IMG/VR virus record: IMGVR_UViG_3300025034_000006
Strand: one strand, 5' to 3'
Source of the DNA: an uncultured virus (IMG/VR IMGVR_UViG_3300025034_000006)
Taxonomy: Duplodnaviria; Heunggongvirae; Uroviricota; Caudoviricetes
DNA length: 64,000 nt
Positions 1 to 12,618 of this stretch are shown in pieces (the stretch's first letter is position 1; each line of letters begins with the position of its first letter). The translations under genes and the position numbers were made by a program. The notes under the pieces are model-generated. The model worked only from the letters and a program-made list of their open reading frames with translations, ran no database searches and was not told the DNA's origin.

Positions 1-1149
1 GGTCAGGTAGAAGTCAACATCCCCGGTGGAGGCGGCGGCGGCGCTGTGGCGATCGAAGATGAAGGGGTGGAAGTCATCTCCGAGGCTTCGCGCCTGAACT
101 TTACCGGCGACGGTGTTACCGTTACCGATTCAGGTGCAGGTGAAGTCGAGATCAACGTCACCGGTGGTTCCGGCGGTGGGGTTGTAGGTAGCTCTTTGGC
201 GAACCCACCTAGTATCCGGGCAACCAGCGCGGCACAGGCTTTCAACGCAAATTCCGTTGTGGTCAATTGGCCGAGCGGGACGGTGGCTGGTGATTTGGTT
301 CTTATTTTCACAGGACATGGCTGGGAAACCTTAGCACCTGTTGGTTGGTCACAATACGCAAACCTTATTGGAACAGGATCAAACGGTGCTGTGCTTGGAC
401 GCATCATGACACCTGCTGATATATCGTCCGGGTCTGTGACCGTAACTTTTGGAGGCTCGTTCAACGGCGTGGTCCAAGCAGTCAGCATCGTTGGTAGCAC
501 AGTGGCCGGTATTCGCAGCGTAACTGGGTTCCGAAGTGGTTCGGCTGCATCTACCATTCCTTTGAATGGTGATAGTTCTTCTGACCGAGATTTGGCACTT
601 GGTTTTGCCTTCAATCGAGCAGCTTCAAACAACAGCTTACCAGCAAACTGGACGACATTGGCGTCTGTCAACGCCGCTAATGGCTCAAGCGTTTTTGGTC
701 GTATTTCGAACAACCCACCGGTCATAATCCAAGACAACGCCACTTCTTCCGCCACCGGCCCCGGACGATACTCAGCAGTTGTCTCTCTAATTGGTGTGGT
801 GACCTCCACCTTATTGGACTTCGATATTTCTTCGTATTTCCAAGGTGTTCCTCCGGGTCTTTTCGAAGTGTTCACCTACACCGCTACACGGGACTTCACG
901 CTCCCAATCAATTTCGAAGGATCGTTCGCTTACGCAAATATCACACCCATCGGTCCTGTGACTTTCCAGATCAAGAAGAATGACACGGTTATCGGAACCG
1001 TAAGCTTCGCTTTTGGAGAAAATACAGGAACATTCGTAGCCGCTGAGGGTGCATCGTTTGTTGCTGGAGACCGTTTGTCAGTGGTTAGTCCATCTGATGT
1101 TAGTGAATTAGCTAACCTTTCGGTGAGTTTCGCAGGAACAAGAGTATGA
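1..1149 (+). CDS. Tail/tail-fibre-associated structural protein, 5' end outside window
   Basis: Frame is open from base 1; Gly/Ser/Thr/Val-rich beta-type sequence with a repeated G(Q/E)VE(V/I)N..GGxGGG unit; overlaps the next start (ATGA). Confidence 0.6.
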   Translation, partial: GQVEVNIPGGGGGGAVAIEDEGVEVISEASRLNFTGDGVTVTDSGAGEVEINVTGGSGGGVVGSSLANPPSIRATSAAQAFNANSVVVNWPSGTVAGDLVLIFTGHGWETLAPVGWSQYANLIGTGSNGAVLGRIMTPADISSGSVTVTFGGSFNGVVQAVSIVGSTVAGIRSVTGFRSGSAASTIPLNGDSSSDRDLALGFAFNRAASNNSLPANWTTLASVNAANGSSVFGRISNNPPVIIQDNATSSATGPGRYSAVVSLIGVVTSTLLDFDISSYFQGVPPGLFEVFTYTATRDFTLPINFEGSFAYANITPIGPVTFQIKKNDTVIGTVSFAFGENTGTFVAAEGASFVAGDRLSVVSPSDVSELANLSVSFAGTRV

Positions 1150-2183
1150 TTTACGAGTTAATTGGTTTTGACGAGTTCGAGACACTTGAAGATGTTCAAA
1201 GGACTTTTTCAACTGTAGGTGCAGGCTGCTCGTTGGTAACCGATACAGAATCTGGGAGAGGAAAAGCCCTCCGGATCGTTTCCGGTGGTGGCTCGGTTCT
1301 CGTCCCTGTATCCCCGCCGCCTTTGACAGTAATGGGTGCTTCTTTCCGTGTCCGTGTCATAAGCATGGAAAGTCAATCGAACCGACGCATCCTGTATCGC
1401 GTAGAGCGTGATGGTGTTGCTCAATACTCTTTACAGATGGATAACATCGGTAGACTTTATACGACCACAGCCGGTGGAACAGGTAATCCCAACGTGACAT
1501 ACCCTGTCCCGCTGGTTTTTGGGCAGTGGTATCATATCGAAGTCAAAGGTAGGTCAGCCGACTTCGGAGTCGATGGTGGATTCTTTGAAGTAAAGCTCAA
1601 CGGAAAAACCATCATTTACATCGAAAGAGACACAAACAACGTAAACGGTGCGGTTTCGGTGGATTCAGTGAGGCTAAACCTAGCTTTTGCTTTCGGTGGT
1701 GTGGTTGATATTGATGATATTACCTTATGGGATGAAACTGGTGACGAGAACAATGACTTCCTAGGGGATGTCGAAGTTGAGACTTTGTTCGCAAATGCGG
1801 ACGGGACCATCACCGGGTGGACTCCCAACACCGGAACGGCGTGGGAAGCTGTGGACGATACCAGCGAGGATGGCGACACCACTTACATCTCAAGCTCAAC
1901 TGTGGGGGGCTCAGCTTCCTTCGGAGTCACTGACTTAGCCAGCAACCCTACCGAGGTCTTGGCGGTGAAGGTCTTCGGTATAGCTCGTAAAGATGGATTA
2001 GGTGACCGGGCAATTAAGCTAGGTGTGGTCAGTAACGGGATCGTGTCGGAAGGTTTGGAGACAACATTATCGACCAGCTATGGGCCTGTGATAGCTGTGT
2101 TCAATAGAGACCCTGATGGTGATGTAACTTGGACACCTCTTTCTGTAAATGCATTACAACCACGAGTTAGTTTGACACTATGA
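1146..2183 (+). CDS. Virion structural protein with concanavalin/LamG-like region
   Basis: 345 aa; GQWYHIEV motif typical of LamG-like folds; lies in tail operon. Confidence 0.55.
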   Translation: MIYELIGFDEFETLEDVQRTFSTVGAGCSLVTDTESGRGKALRIVSGGGSVLVPVSPPPLTVMGASFRVRVISMESQSNRRILYRVERDGVAQYSLQMDNIGRLYTTTAGGTGNPNVTYPVPLVFGQWYHIEVKGRSADFGVDGGFFEVKLNGKTIIYIERDTNNVNGAVSVDSVRLNLAFAFGGVVDIDDITLWDETGDENNDFLGDVEVETLFANADGTITGWTPNTGTAWEAVDDTSEDGDTTYISSSTVGGSASFGVTDLASNPTEVLAVKVFGIARKDGLGDRAIKLGVVSNGIVSEGLETTLSTSYGPVIAVFNRDPDGDVTWTPLSVNALQPRVSLTL

Positions 2184-5100
2184 CGGCACGCGTTACTCAG
2201 ATTGGCATCCAAGGGCTCGTAAAGGGCGATCCTGACGCACGTCTGGCTCAGATCGGTGTGCAGAGCCTTGTCAAGAATATCCCCGACGTGCGCGTCAGCC
2301 AATTGGGTATCAAGGCGCTTGCCCGGAATAATAAAAACGCCGACGAAATTGAACCCACCACACGACTCCTGCAAGCCACGACCAGTGCCTCGTTAGGTAT
2401 TCCCGGTGATCCTTACTACAACAAAGTCTCTCTTCTTCTCCAAGCGGATAAGGGGTTTCGGGACCTGTCGAAATACAATGACTATGTGAACGGAGATAGG
2501 GGGTTTTTGTTCATCCGGGACACGCCGGCTAAGTTCCTAAAGGCATTTGAATCTGTCTCCAGTAACACCATGGGAATCCGTTACGATCGCAATCCAGAGC
2601 GGTTCGATTTCGGACGCGGGGCTTTTACCATTGAGGGCTGGATCAATCGTCCGGCGTTTAGCGGTTTCCGCTATATCATGGGTAACTGGTATCTGAAAAC
2701 GGAGCGTTCTTGGTTCATTGGGACCAACAACAACGCCCTGACTTTCAGAGCCTCGATCGATGGGACGGAAGCCAACTTCTTCAATCTCGAAGGAGCGGAC
2801 TTACCAGCCAATACGTGGACTCACATCTGCGTAGAGCGCGACATCGAGGGGACGGTCCGTATGTATGTCAACGGTCAAACCGTGGCAACTGGGACTTTTC
2901 CAAATGAAATCCGAAAGGTTGATACTAAGCTGATCTTGATGGGTAGAAACCACTCATCGTCTATTGGTGGTATGAATAATTTTGAGGGCTTATTGGATGA
3001 TTTCCGGGTAACAAAGGGGGTTGCTCGGTATGCTTCTGATGCCGGGTTTGTCATTCCAACAGCCCCGAATCCGATTGGCCCTGTTGACTACGAGCCATTC
3101 AATACCGATCCTTTCTGGGATAAGACTACGTGTGTCCTCGATCCTTTCGATGGTGCTGCTATTGATTACAAGCGCGGAGCCACGATCACTGGTTTAACCG
3201 CAAGTAGCTTACAATTCAGCGGCGTCGGAACCATAGCGCATGTGGACGGACAATGGAACTTTGGTGGGCGGACGGAGCCTTTCACCTTTGAAGTCGATAT
3301 TGGTTGGAATAGTTCTTCGGGTAACAGTGTCGTTCAGATTATTTGTCCGGGCAACTGGCACCTCGCTACCGGAACTTCTGTTATAGCCTTTCGCGTCTGG
3401 AATGGGACATCTTTTGTTGAGGTGTTTTCGTGGCCCAACATAGATGCTGACTGGTATTTCCCCAGAGCCACTGAAACCACAATAATTACCCGTGACGAGA
3501 TGGGGGTTTATCGGTTCTACCAGCAGGGTAAATACATGGGTAGCGCCGTGGCTCCATTTGCACCTGACACACCGACGGCTGATTTGACCATCAATGCTGA
3601 CTCGGCTCGCGTAATCCGCTGCTTGCGGATGACGTGGGACGCCGTTCGTTACCGGGAAGAAGACTTCATCAATAGCCCGATCGCGGATTTACCGCCCCCG
3701 CGTAGTGGGCCGGCTTATGCCGCCCCGATCCTCCCGGATGCGACATACCCCTATGACTTGGCATTCCCTGATCCCAAGGACGGAGCAGTAACTTGGCGGA
3801 GCGTTGTCGGTGCCAGCCCGTCCCCTAGGACTATCCATACTTCTGGTGTTCTTTACGAAGAAGACCCGAATGATCGCTGGCGTTGGGCTACAGGAAATTC
3901 TTCCACCACATTGTTGGATTATCATAGACTCCTTATCCCTGTTCAATATCTTGATGACATTGATGCAGGTGGAGTCTTCCTTGAATACTCCGCACTAGCG
4001 GCTGCCCCTTTCGATCACGCTGGGAACGGCACCCTCGTGGCGCTCGCGTTGGATAAGAATAGTCAAATGCTAAACGCATCCAGCAGCGACGCTGTTGTGA
4101 CGGATAAGACTTTCAAGAACACGCAAGGGGCTATGTTCCTACCAGTGGGAACCCGGACCGTTGAGGTGGGTATCCTAGCTGGGTTGAGTGCTTTCCAAGG
4201 TAACTACGTCATGAGCCGCATCTCTGCCCGTCTCGTTGACGGGTTTGAGGATGCTCGCGAATATCTCAGCAAACCGACTCAGTTGATGGGCTCGATCATC
4301 AAGACTGACAATACGGAATGGACCGACGCTCGCGGCGGCACCATTATCGATACAGCAAACCTGAGTTGGCTGGCTACTTCGCTGACCACAACCCAGAGGG
4401 TGATGGACCTTCGGTGTGTGGATGATCTTCCGAGCAGCTACTTCACCAGCATCGACAACGGACTGGCGGCTTTTCGTTTTAAGGCTATCGCAACTCAGAA
4501 TGAGGTCGATGATTTTGGGTGGGCCTATGTCGAGTTTCTGGATGTGTCAGATCAAGTAGTCGGCCGCCGGGTTTTCAGTTCACCTAACCCACGGGTTGCA
4601 TCGCCAAGGTTTGTGGGTCTCAATGTCGATTGTCCGATCCCGGTCGGTGCCCGTAAGGTCGTCATGGCTATCATGGGCTCGATGAATTATGGCGAAGTCG
4701 TGAATGGCACCAACCAGATCAATTTCCCGACGAACTTCCACGAGGCATATTGCTACATCCCGGCGTCAGGGGAGATGCCAGTAATCCCGGTCCCGCCGAC
4801 TCCGGCAGGGGATGAGCATTGGGATAACGTAGTCTGCCTTCTGTCTACCCGTAATGGGGTGATCGAGAATCTGGGTAACCCCCGATACAGAGAACACATC
4901 GCTCCGGTCGGTGTGTCCGTAGCCTCGATCGATTCTCCATTCGGAGACACAGCCATAGCGTCCAACTTGTCTCTGGTGACAGGTAATTCGTTCTATGTCG
5001 AAGTCAAACTGGCTGACTTTGAAGGAGGGGCCTTTGGTCCCCAGATGACTTTCGAGGGCTGGTTCTACAGAACTCATCCAGTTAACACAGCGTTACCGAG

Positions 5101-5539
5101 TATCGGTATTCACAACCAGTTAAACGGTAATAACGGCGCTATTGATGGCGCGACTACTGGTATCCTGATGGATGGTGTGACGACGACAAACGTCCAAAGC
5201 ATCATCGATCAGTGGTATCACATCGCCTATTGTCGTGACGAAACTGGTAGAGCGGTTCTGTTCGTAAACGGCGAACGTCAGAATATCGGTAGAACCGCGT
5301 TTGCAACGTTGTGGAACCGGGTTTTCCGGATCGGCCAATGGAATGTCGCATCCAATGTTTTCGGATGGTGCGGGTATTACGACGAAATTCGGATTACCAA
5401 AGACGTTGAACGATACACCGAAAACTTCACACCTCCGGGCAATCGTTACCCGACCAAGCTGCCTTCTGGGTCGCTTTTGTTGAATGGCGAAACCGGGCGC
5501 TTGCTACTCTCCGGAGACACTGGTGGAATCCTTACCTAA
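2180..5539 (+). CDS. Large tail fibre / receptor-binding protein with LamG-like domains
   Basis: 1119 aa; repeated FTIEGW...WTHI...LDDFRVTKGVARY and MTFEGW...WYHIAY...YDEIRITK modules. Confidence 0.7.
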   Translation: MTARVTQIGIQGLVKGDPDARLAQIGVQSLVKNIPDVRVSQLGIKALARNNKNADEIEPTTRLLQATTSASLGIPGDPYYNKVSLLLQADKGFRDLSKYNDYVNGDRGFLFIRDTPAKFLKAFESVSSNTMGIRYDRNPERFDFGRGAFTIEGWINRPAFSGFRYIMGNWYLKTERSWFIGTNNNALTFRASIDGTEANFFNLEGADLPANTWTHICVERDIEGTVRMYVNGQTVATGTFPNEIRKVDTKLILMGRNHSSSIGGMNNFEGLLDDFRVTKGVARYASDAGFVIPTAPNPIGPVDYEPFNTDPFWDKTTCVLDPFDGAAIDYKRGATITGLTASSLQFSGVGTIAHVDGQWNFGGRTEPFTFEVDIGWNSSSGNSVVQIICPGNWHLATGTSVIAFRVWNGTSFVEVFSWPNIDADWYFPRATETTIITRDEMGVYRFYQQGKYMGSAVAPFAPDTPTADLTINADSARVIRCLRMTWDAVRYREEDFINSPIADLPPPRSGPAYAAPILPDATYPYDLAFPDPKDGAVTWRSVVGASPSPRTIHTSGVLYEEDPNDRWRWATGNSSTTLLDYHRLLIPVQYLDDIDAGGVFLEYSALAAAPFDHAGNGTLVALALDKNSQMLNASSSDAVVTDKTFKNTQGAMFLPVGTRTVEVGILAGLSAFQGNYVMSRISARLVDGFEDAREYLSKPTQLMGSIIKTDNTEWTDARGGTIIDTANLSWLATSLTTTQRVMDLRCVDDLPSSYFTSIDNGLAAFRFKAIATQNEVDDFGWAYVEFLDVSDQVVGRRVFSSPNPRVASPRFVGLNVDCPIPVGARKVVMAIMGSMNYGEVVNGTNQINFPTNFHEAYCYIPASGEMPVIPVPPTPAGDEHWDNVVCLLSTRNGVIENLGNPRYREHIAPVGVSVASIDSPFGDTAIASNLSLVTGNSFYVEVKLADFEGGAFGPQMTFEGWFYRTHPVNTALPSIGIHNQLNGNNGAIDGATTGILMDGVTTTNVQSIIDQWYHIAYCRDETGRAVLFVNGERQNIGRTAFATLWNRVFRIGQWNVASNVFGWCGYYDEIRITKDVERYTENFTPPGNRYPTKLPSGSLLLNGETGRLLLSGDTGGILT

Positions 5540-5551
5540 AAGGAAATTGAA

Positions 5552-6139
5552 ATGGCTGATAAAGACACATTAGCATTAGACGTAGCGGGCCTGCTGGATG
5601 GCTCAGAGCAGGTTCACATCGTTCAGGACGGGGAGAGCGTGAGGACGAGTGCCGGCGACATTGCCGCTCTCGCGGGCGATCCCGGATCGGTATTTGGTCC
5701 TAAGTGGGAGATCGCTTTCCAGTGGACGTGGACGACTAACGTCACGATGGTCGATGCAAACAATCTGGGCGATTACAAAGAACTGATTGTTATCTGTAAA
5801 GATATTTCAACCAGTGCTTCTGTTCTTCGTTTGTTACAGCTTAGCACCAATAACGGAGTGAGCTACTTTTCTGGTGCAACTGACTACACTCTTCTGGCGA
5901 ATACAGGAACCCTGACCAACAGGAATAATGCCGCCAGCCATGTCAGAACCAACAACGGTCAAAGAACGATTTTCATGCGCCTGCCGACTAACATCGATGG
6001 GGCTATCAAGGTTATCCAGAGCAACGAAGGTAACGTTATTTTCCAAGCCAGCAACGCGAAGGTGGATGCCGTTCGGCTCCTGCTCAGCGCTGCTGGGAAC
6101 ATCACCGGCGGATCGATGATGATCCTCGGTCTGCGATAA
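5552..6139 (+). CDS. Tail-associated protein
   Basis: 195 aa with SD; last gene of structural block; no family recognised. Confidence 0.45.
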   Translation: MADKDTLALDVAGLLDGSEQVHIVQDGESVRTSAGDIAALAGDPGSVFGPKWEIAFQWTWTTNVTMVDANNLGDYKELIVICKDISTSASVLRLLQLSTNNGVSYFSGATDYTLLANTGTLTNRNNAASHVRTNNGQRTIFMRLPTNIDGAIKVIQSNEGNVIFQASNAKVDAVRLLLSAAGNITGGSMMILGLR

Positions 6140-6151
6140 GAAAGAGATACC

Positions 6152-6985
6152 ATGCAAGTCAAAAACCACATCCTCGAAGGCGTGCGCGTCGTGCGGTCTC
6201 CCAACATCTCCGGGTTCATGACACCGACTGGTGCAATCATGCACTACACCGCCAGTTTCAATGCCGATAGTGCAATTCGAACCTTGACAAATCCGGCTGC
6301 CAAGGTATCTGCACATTTGGTGATCGATACTGATGGAACGATCACGCAGCTTGTCCCCTTCAACCGGGTTGCATGGCACGCCGGACCGTCGAAGCTGGCT
6401 GGCCGGACCGGATGCAACAACTTCACGATCGGGTTCGAGTTCGTTAATCCGGGATTTTTCCGGATCGCCAAGGACGGCACAATCATGGATTGGGAAGGCA
6501 AGCGACCCGTCCCGAAGGCAACGTTGGACCGTTTCGATCTCAGTCTACGTGCGCCAAACCGCCGTGTGGGAGGCGGGACTTTTGTCTGGCCGGGGTATTC
6601 CAAGGCCCAGATCAACGCCGGCCTCGAAGCTCTCAAGGCCATCAAGGAGGCTTACGGTATCACACTGATCGCCGGTCATGAAGACATCGACACACGGGGC
6701 TGGAAGACCGATCCGGGCCCGGCTTTCCCGATGGGTGATTTCAAGGCCGTCATCCATGGCGGCGAAGATCGCGCCGATGGGATGCAGCCGGCTAAGAGCC
6801 GCTTCCTTGTCAACACCCCGCGCCTCAACGTCCGGGCCGCACCCAACGGATCAGGCGCGATCCTGACTACCCTGTCGGGCGGCTCTGAGGTGGTGGTGAT
6901 CGAAGACCTCGGAGCGTGGAGTCATGTCGAATACGCTCCGGGAAAACGCGGCTACCTTGCAGATCAATTCCTCAAGAAAGGGTAA
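6152..6985 (+). CDS. Endolysin: N-acetylmuramoyl-L-alanine amidase with C-terminal SH3-like domain
   Basis: HYTA, SAHLVI, AWHAG, GHEDI, KTDPGPAF amidase_2 motifs; LNVRAAP SH3b motif. Confidence 0.9.
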   Translation: MQVKNHILEGVRVVRSPNISGFMTPTGAIMHYTASFNADSAIRTLTNPAAKVSAHLVIDTDGTITQLVPFNRVAWHAGPSKLAGRTGCNNFTIGFEFVNPGFFRIAKDGTIMDWEGKRPVPKATLDRFDLSLRAPNRRVGGGTFVWPGYSKAQINAGLEALKAIKEAYGITLIAGHEDIDTRGWKTDPGPAFPMGDFKAVIHGGEDRADGMQPAKSRFLVNTPRLNVRAAPNGSGAILTTLSGGSEVVVIEDLGAWSHVEYAPGKRGYLADQFLKKG

Positions 6986-6988
6986 ACC

Positions 6989-7423
6989 ATGCCACTTGTT
7001 TCAATCCCGACTTGGGCAGCCGCAAAGCTCTTTTTCAAGAGCAAGAAGTTCCTGATCCCGGCCGCCATCATCACCTTGCTGTTGGCGATCGGGGGCGGCA
7101 CCTACCTCTATCTGAATCACCAACAGAAAGAGGCTGTCTCAGCAGCCGTCGAAGCAGCCGATTCCAACGCTACGATCCAGACCTACGAAACCAAGGAAAC
7201 CATCAACACCCGCACGATCGAAGTGGACCGCCGCTTCGAAGACCTCCAGCGGCAGACCATCAAGGATTACGCCAATGTCCGAAACCAAATCGAAGATGCC
7301 CCGGTTGAAGAGCGCGATGCTCAAGCCCCTCCTTTGCTCATTGATACTCTCAATGAGCTTGACCGCCTGCGCCAGCAGAGAAACACGGGTGGAGTTCCTG
7401 ACGCCGACGTTCCGGTCGGATGA
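6989..7423 (+). CDS. Inner-membrane spanin (Rz-like)
   Basis: N-terminal TM helix then coiled-coil; directly follows endolysin. Confidence 0.75.
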   Translation: MPLVSIPTWAAAKLFFKSKKFLIPAAIITLLLAIGGGTYLYLNHQQKEAVSAAVEAADSNATIQTYETKETINTRTIEVDRRFEDLQRQTIKDYANVRNQIEDAPVEERDAQAPPLLIDTLNELDRLRQQRNTGGVPDADVPVG

Positions 7424-7619
7424 ACTGGTCTGCATGGATGCACCGGCCGGCCAGCTTCCATCTGACACGGCGCTGGTGACCGCAATCGAGCGGGTTGTCG
7501 GAATCGACGAAGCTGGTGAAGACTGCCGCCAGCGCCTCGACCGGGTGAAAACCAAGATCGAAATCTTCAACGAGGTGGTAGCGGCAATCAACGCCGGTAA
7601 AGACCCGAAAAAAGATTGA
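7317..7619 (+). CDS. Outer-membrane lipoprotein spanin (Rz1-like)
   Basis: Signal peptide with lipobox LTAC; overlaps 3' end of Rz-like gene in another frame. Confidence 0.75.
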   Translation: MLKPLLCSLILSMSLTACASRETRVEFLTPTFRSDELVCMDAPAGQLPSDTALVTAIERVVGIDEAGEDCRQRLDRVKTKIEIFNEVVAAINAGKDPKKD

Positions 7620-7646
7620 CAATCACCGCCATTCTGAATATACAGT
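7616..7646 (+). promoter_or_regulatory. Sigma70-type promoter for thyX
   Basis: TTGACA then TATACA 17 nt later; ACCGCCATTCT motif in spacer. Confidence 0.6.
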
Positions 7647-7735
7647 CCGCCTTGCAAGAGCGAACGGCGGGGGAACGTCACTCACCCTCCGGGGTCACAC
7701 GTCCCGCCAAGTAGCTCCCGTCCTTAGGAAACCCA

Positions 7736-8605
7736 ATGACCTCTGTGATTCTCTCCCCGCTGGTCAGCGCGACCATCCTTGCCGACTCCATCTCGCCCGC
7801 CGGCGTCCGTCTGACGACCATGGAACTGGTCTACCCCCGCTTCATTCACTCTGAACTGATGACCCACCGCGTGTTCTCCCGGAACGCTTCATCGAGCCGC
7901 GCTATCCCGACCAAGCGTGCGATCAAGATGATCCGGGAGAACCCGGCCGTGCCCGCTTCGTGGCGTATGAACCAGCCGGGTATGCAGGGCTACGAAGTCG
8001 CTTCCGAAGAGACCACGCTGGCTGCCCAGACGATCTGGCTCGCCGCGATGGAAGATGCGATCCGTCACGCCGAAGCGATGGATGCATTGGGCATCCACAA
8101 GCAAGTGGTCAACCGCATCACAGAGCCGTTCGCTCACATCAAGGTCGTCCTCACGAGCGTTTACTGGGGCAACTGGGATGGCCTTCGCCGGCATGGTGCC
8201 GCTGACCCCACTATCTGTGCGCTGGCCGAAGCGATTCACGAAGCACGAACCAACTCGGTCCCGCAAGACCTGCCGATGGGTGAATGGCACCTGCCCTACA
8301 TCACCAAGGAAGAGCTTGCGATCCACGGCATCAATCTGTGCAAGAAGATCAGCACCGCCCGGTGCGCCCGTGTGAGCTACAACAACCACGACGGCACCAA
8401 GACGACGCCCGAAGCGGACCTCAAGCTGCACGATATGCTGCTGGTCGATCAGCCGATCCACGCCAGCCCGGCCGAGCATCAGGCGACTCCTGACCAACGC
8501 CGGTTCAATGGATGGGATAAACCCGAACTTCATGGCAACCTTGCCGGCTGGATTCAGTATCGCAAGACGCTGACCGGTGAAAACATGGACGCCATTATCG
8601 GTTAA
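7736..8605 (+). CDS. thyX: Flavin-dependent thymidylate synthase
   Basis: ELMTHRVFSRNASSSR ThyX signature; HASPAEH. Confidence 0.9.
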   Translation: MTSVILSPLVSATILADSISPAGVRLTTMELVYPRFIHSELMTHRVFSRNASSSRAIPTKRAIKMIRENPAVPASWRMNQPGMQGYEVASEETTLAAQTIWLAAMEDAIRHAEAMDALGIHKQVVNRITEPFAHIKVVLTSVYWGNWDGLRRHGAADPTICALAEAIHEARTNSVPQDLPMGEWHLPYITKEELAIHGINLCKKISTARCARVSYNNHDGTKTTPEADLKLHDMLLVDQPIHASPAEHQATPDQRRFNGWDKPELHGNLAGWIQYRKTLTGENMDAIIG

Positions 8606-8677
8606 CCACTGCAATTCTGACTTGACAGACAGGCCCGCCTCCTTCACTGGAAGTGGGCCTTTCTAATTGGAGACTGA

Positions 8678-10804
<2,127 letters not shown>

Positions 10805-10961
10805 GGTTCGGAGACATCGTGACGATCCCGAAGCACTCTGATCCAGAGGAACGATTCGTGGTGCTGAACAGCTTCAACGGAATGTTGTTGGTGGCGTCTG
10901 GTCGAAACACCTCGTTCTTCACCCGAGAAACAAACTGCGTATTGTTGGAGGTGACGGACTG

Positions 10962-11192
10962 ATGGCTACGATCAACGTCGGTGAAGACGATTTCCTCGCG
11001 GTCGCTTTGGCAGCCGCCAGCGCCAAGGACGAAGGCGATATGGATCAGGCACGAGCGCTCGACAAGATCGCCCGCAAGATCAACGCCAGTCTGTCTTCGG
11101 CCGCGACCAAGCAATATCGCTGGCTGGGCGGTTCCACGAAACGTGAGCCCCTGCGTTGGCAGGATGTTCCTTCAACCATAGGAGAAAACTAA
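10962..11192 (+). CDS. Hypothetical protein
   Basis: SD plus ATG, tightly packed in operon. Confidence 0.55.
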   Translation: MATINVGEDDFLAVALAAASAKDEGDMDQARALDKIARKINASLSSAATKQYRWLGGSTKREPLRWQDVPSTIGEN

Positions 11193-11413
11193 TGACGCTG
11201 ATCATCAGCTCAAAGGAGATAATGCCCACCTTCAAGGTCCGGGAGCCTGAGAAGGGCCCGCCGATCTTCGCAGGAGATGTGTTCGATCACCCGACCTACA
11301 CCGCTGTCGTCGTCGAAGATGTCACGATCGATGAACGCTCGATGCCGCGTGAGCGCGTCGTAACCTTCCGCGCCGCCACCCGGCAGGAACTCGAAGAGAA
11401 TGGATACATCTGA
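11192..11413 (+). CDS. Hypothetical protein
   Basis: TAATG coupling, AGGAG SD. Confidence 0.55.
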   Translation: MTLIISSKEIMPTFKVREPEKGPPIFAGDVFDHPTYTAVVVEDVTIDERSMPRERVVTFRAATRQELEENGYI

Positions 11414-11624
11414 TGCCGATCCCCGCTGCTCCGCCGTCGTCAAGCGCAACCAAGCTGGTTACGTCATGACCGTCCTTGCCATCTTCCCGACCTCAGAAGA
11501 GGCGTGGGAGTGGGCTCAGAACGCCAATGAGTGGTATGGTGCGGATCACCCGCTCACACCATTGACGATCATGGATGACATCCTGTCCAGCCCGCCTAAG
11601 TTCCCTGTGGAAGCCATGCGGTGA
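11400..11624 (+). CDS. Hypothetical protein
   Basis: Overlapping operon packing. Confidence 0.5.
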   Translation: MDTSDADPRCSAVVKRNQAGYVMTVLAIFPTSEEAWEWAQNANEWYGADHPLTPLTIMDDILSSPPKFPVEAMR

Positions 11625-12286
11625 AACCCGCTGGCGCTCCTCCCAAGGACCTCGGACTGGTAGCTCTCACACCCAGCGAGATGATGTTCTGGATGTATCT
11701 TCCGGTGTCCGAACCGGGGAATATGCTGGCGCTCGTGCCACATAACCTCAGACAGTTCGACCCCATCCTTTCGGCTGTGCGCGCTGACGATCCGGACCGA
11801 TGGATGGACAGCTACGTCTATCTGACCGCGAAGACACTCTGGGTGGAAGGTGGATACATCGGCAACCGACCCGGCTGGCACATCGATGGCTACGGGACGG
11901 ATGATGTGAACTACATCTAGTCTGACCGGGCCCCGACGGTGTTTCTCATCCAGCAAAACCGCTGGATGCTGTCCGAGGACTGCGACGAGTCGTTGCGCCA
12001 GATGGCAAAGATCGGCCGCTATGCCGAAGCCTTCGACCACGTAGGTCTCCGCACCTACCCGGACAAGCACTTGCTCCGTCTGGACAACACGGTTCTGCAC
12101 AGATCACCCACCGGATTCGAGGCTGGGATGCGGACCTTCGTGAAGGTCTCCCTGAGCCGGGATCGCTACAACCTCAAAGGCAATTCGGTGAACCACCTCT
12201 TGCCTGAGACTCACTGGCCTCTTGTCGATCGACAGGAAGTCCGCAACCACCCGGCGTTCAAGAACTCCGACTTCATCAAGGATTGA
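11621..12286 (+). pseudogene. 2OG-Fe(II) oxygenase-like gene interrupted by in-frame TAG at 11918-11920
   Basis: ORFs 11621-11920 and 11939-12286 share a frame; joined protein has WHIDG (HxD), VLHRSP and RTFVKVS motifs. Confidence 0.65.
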
Positions 12287-12618
12287 TCATGGGATACCAT
12301 CTCTTTCTTGATGATGTTCGTATGCCCGGTGATGTTACTTGGGTAGAAATCCCGCCGGCTCGATACGTGATCGTCAGGAGCTACGATGAGTTCCGATCCT
12401 GCATTGGTGAGTTCGGGCTACCAGTTCATATCTCTTTCGACAACGACCTCGCCGACGGTGATAAGGAAGGGATTCACTGCGCTAAATGGCTGGTCGATGA
12501 GATCATGGATGGACGCCTGACTGGTGACTTTACCTACACCATTCATTCGAAGAACCCGGTTGCAGCCGAATGGCTTAACGGATTCCTAAACAACTTCTTC
12601 ACACATTGGGAGCCGTGA
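12283..12618 (+). CDS. Cyclic-phosphate-processing receiver-like domain protein
   Basis: LFLDDVR, ISFDNDL, IHSKNP motifs. Confidence 0.7.
   Translation: MIMGYHLFLDDVRMPGDVTWVEIPPARYVIVRSYDEFRSCIGEFGLPVHISFDNDLADGDKEGIHCAKWLVDEIMDGRLTGDFTYTIHSKNPVAAEWLNGFLNNFFTHWEP

Noticed and set aside
11918..11920. Genome-wide amber (TAG) reassignment
   Set aside because: Only one interrupted gene was seen, long genes are intact in the standard code, TAG ends other ORFs (e.g. 13238, 42454), and no CUA tRNA was found
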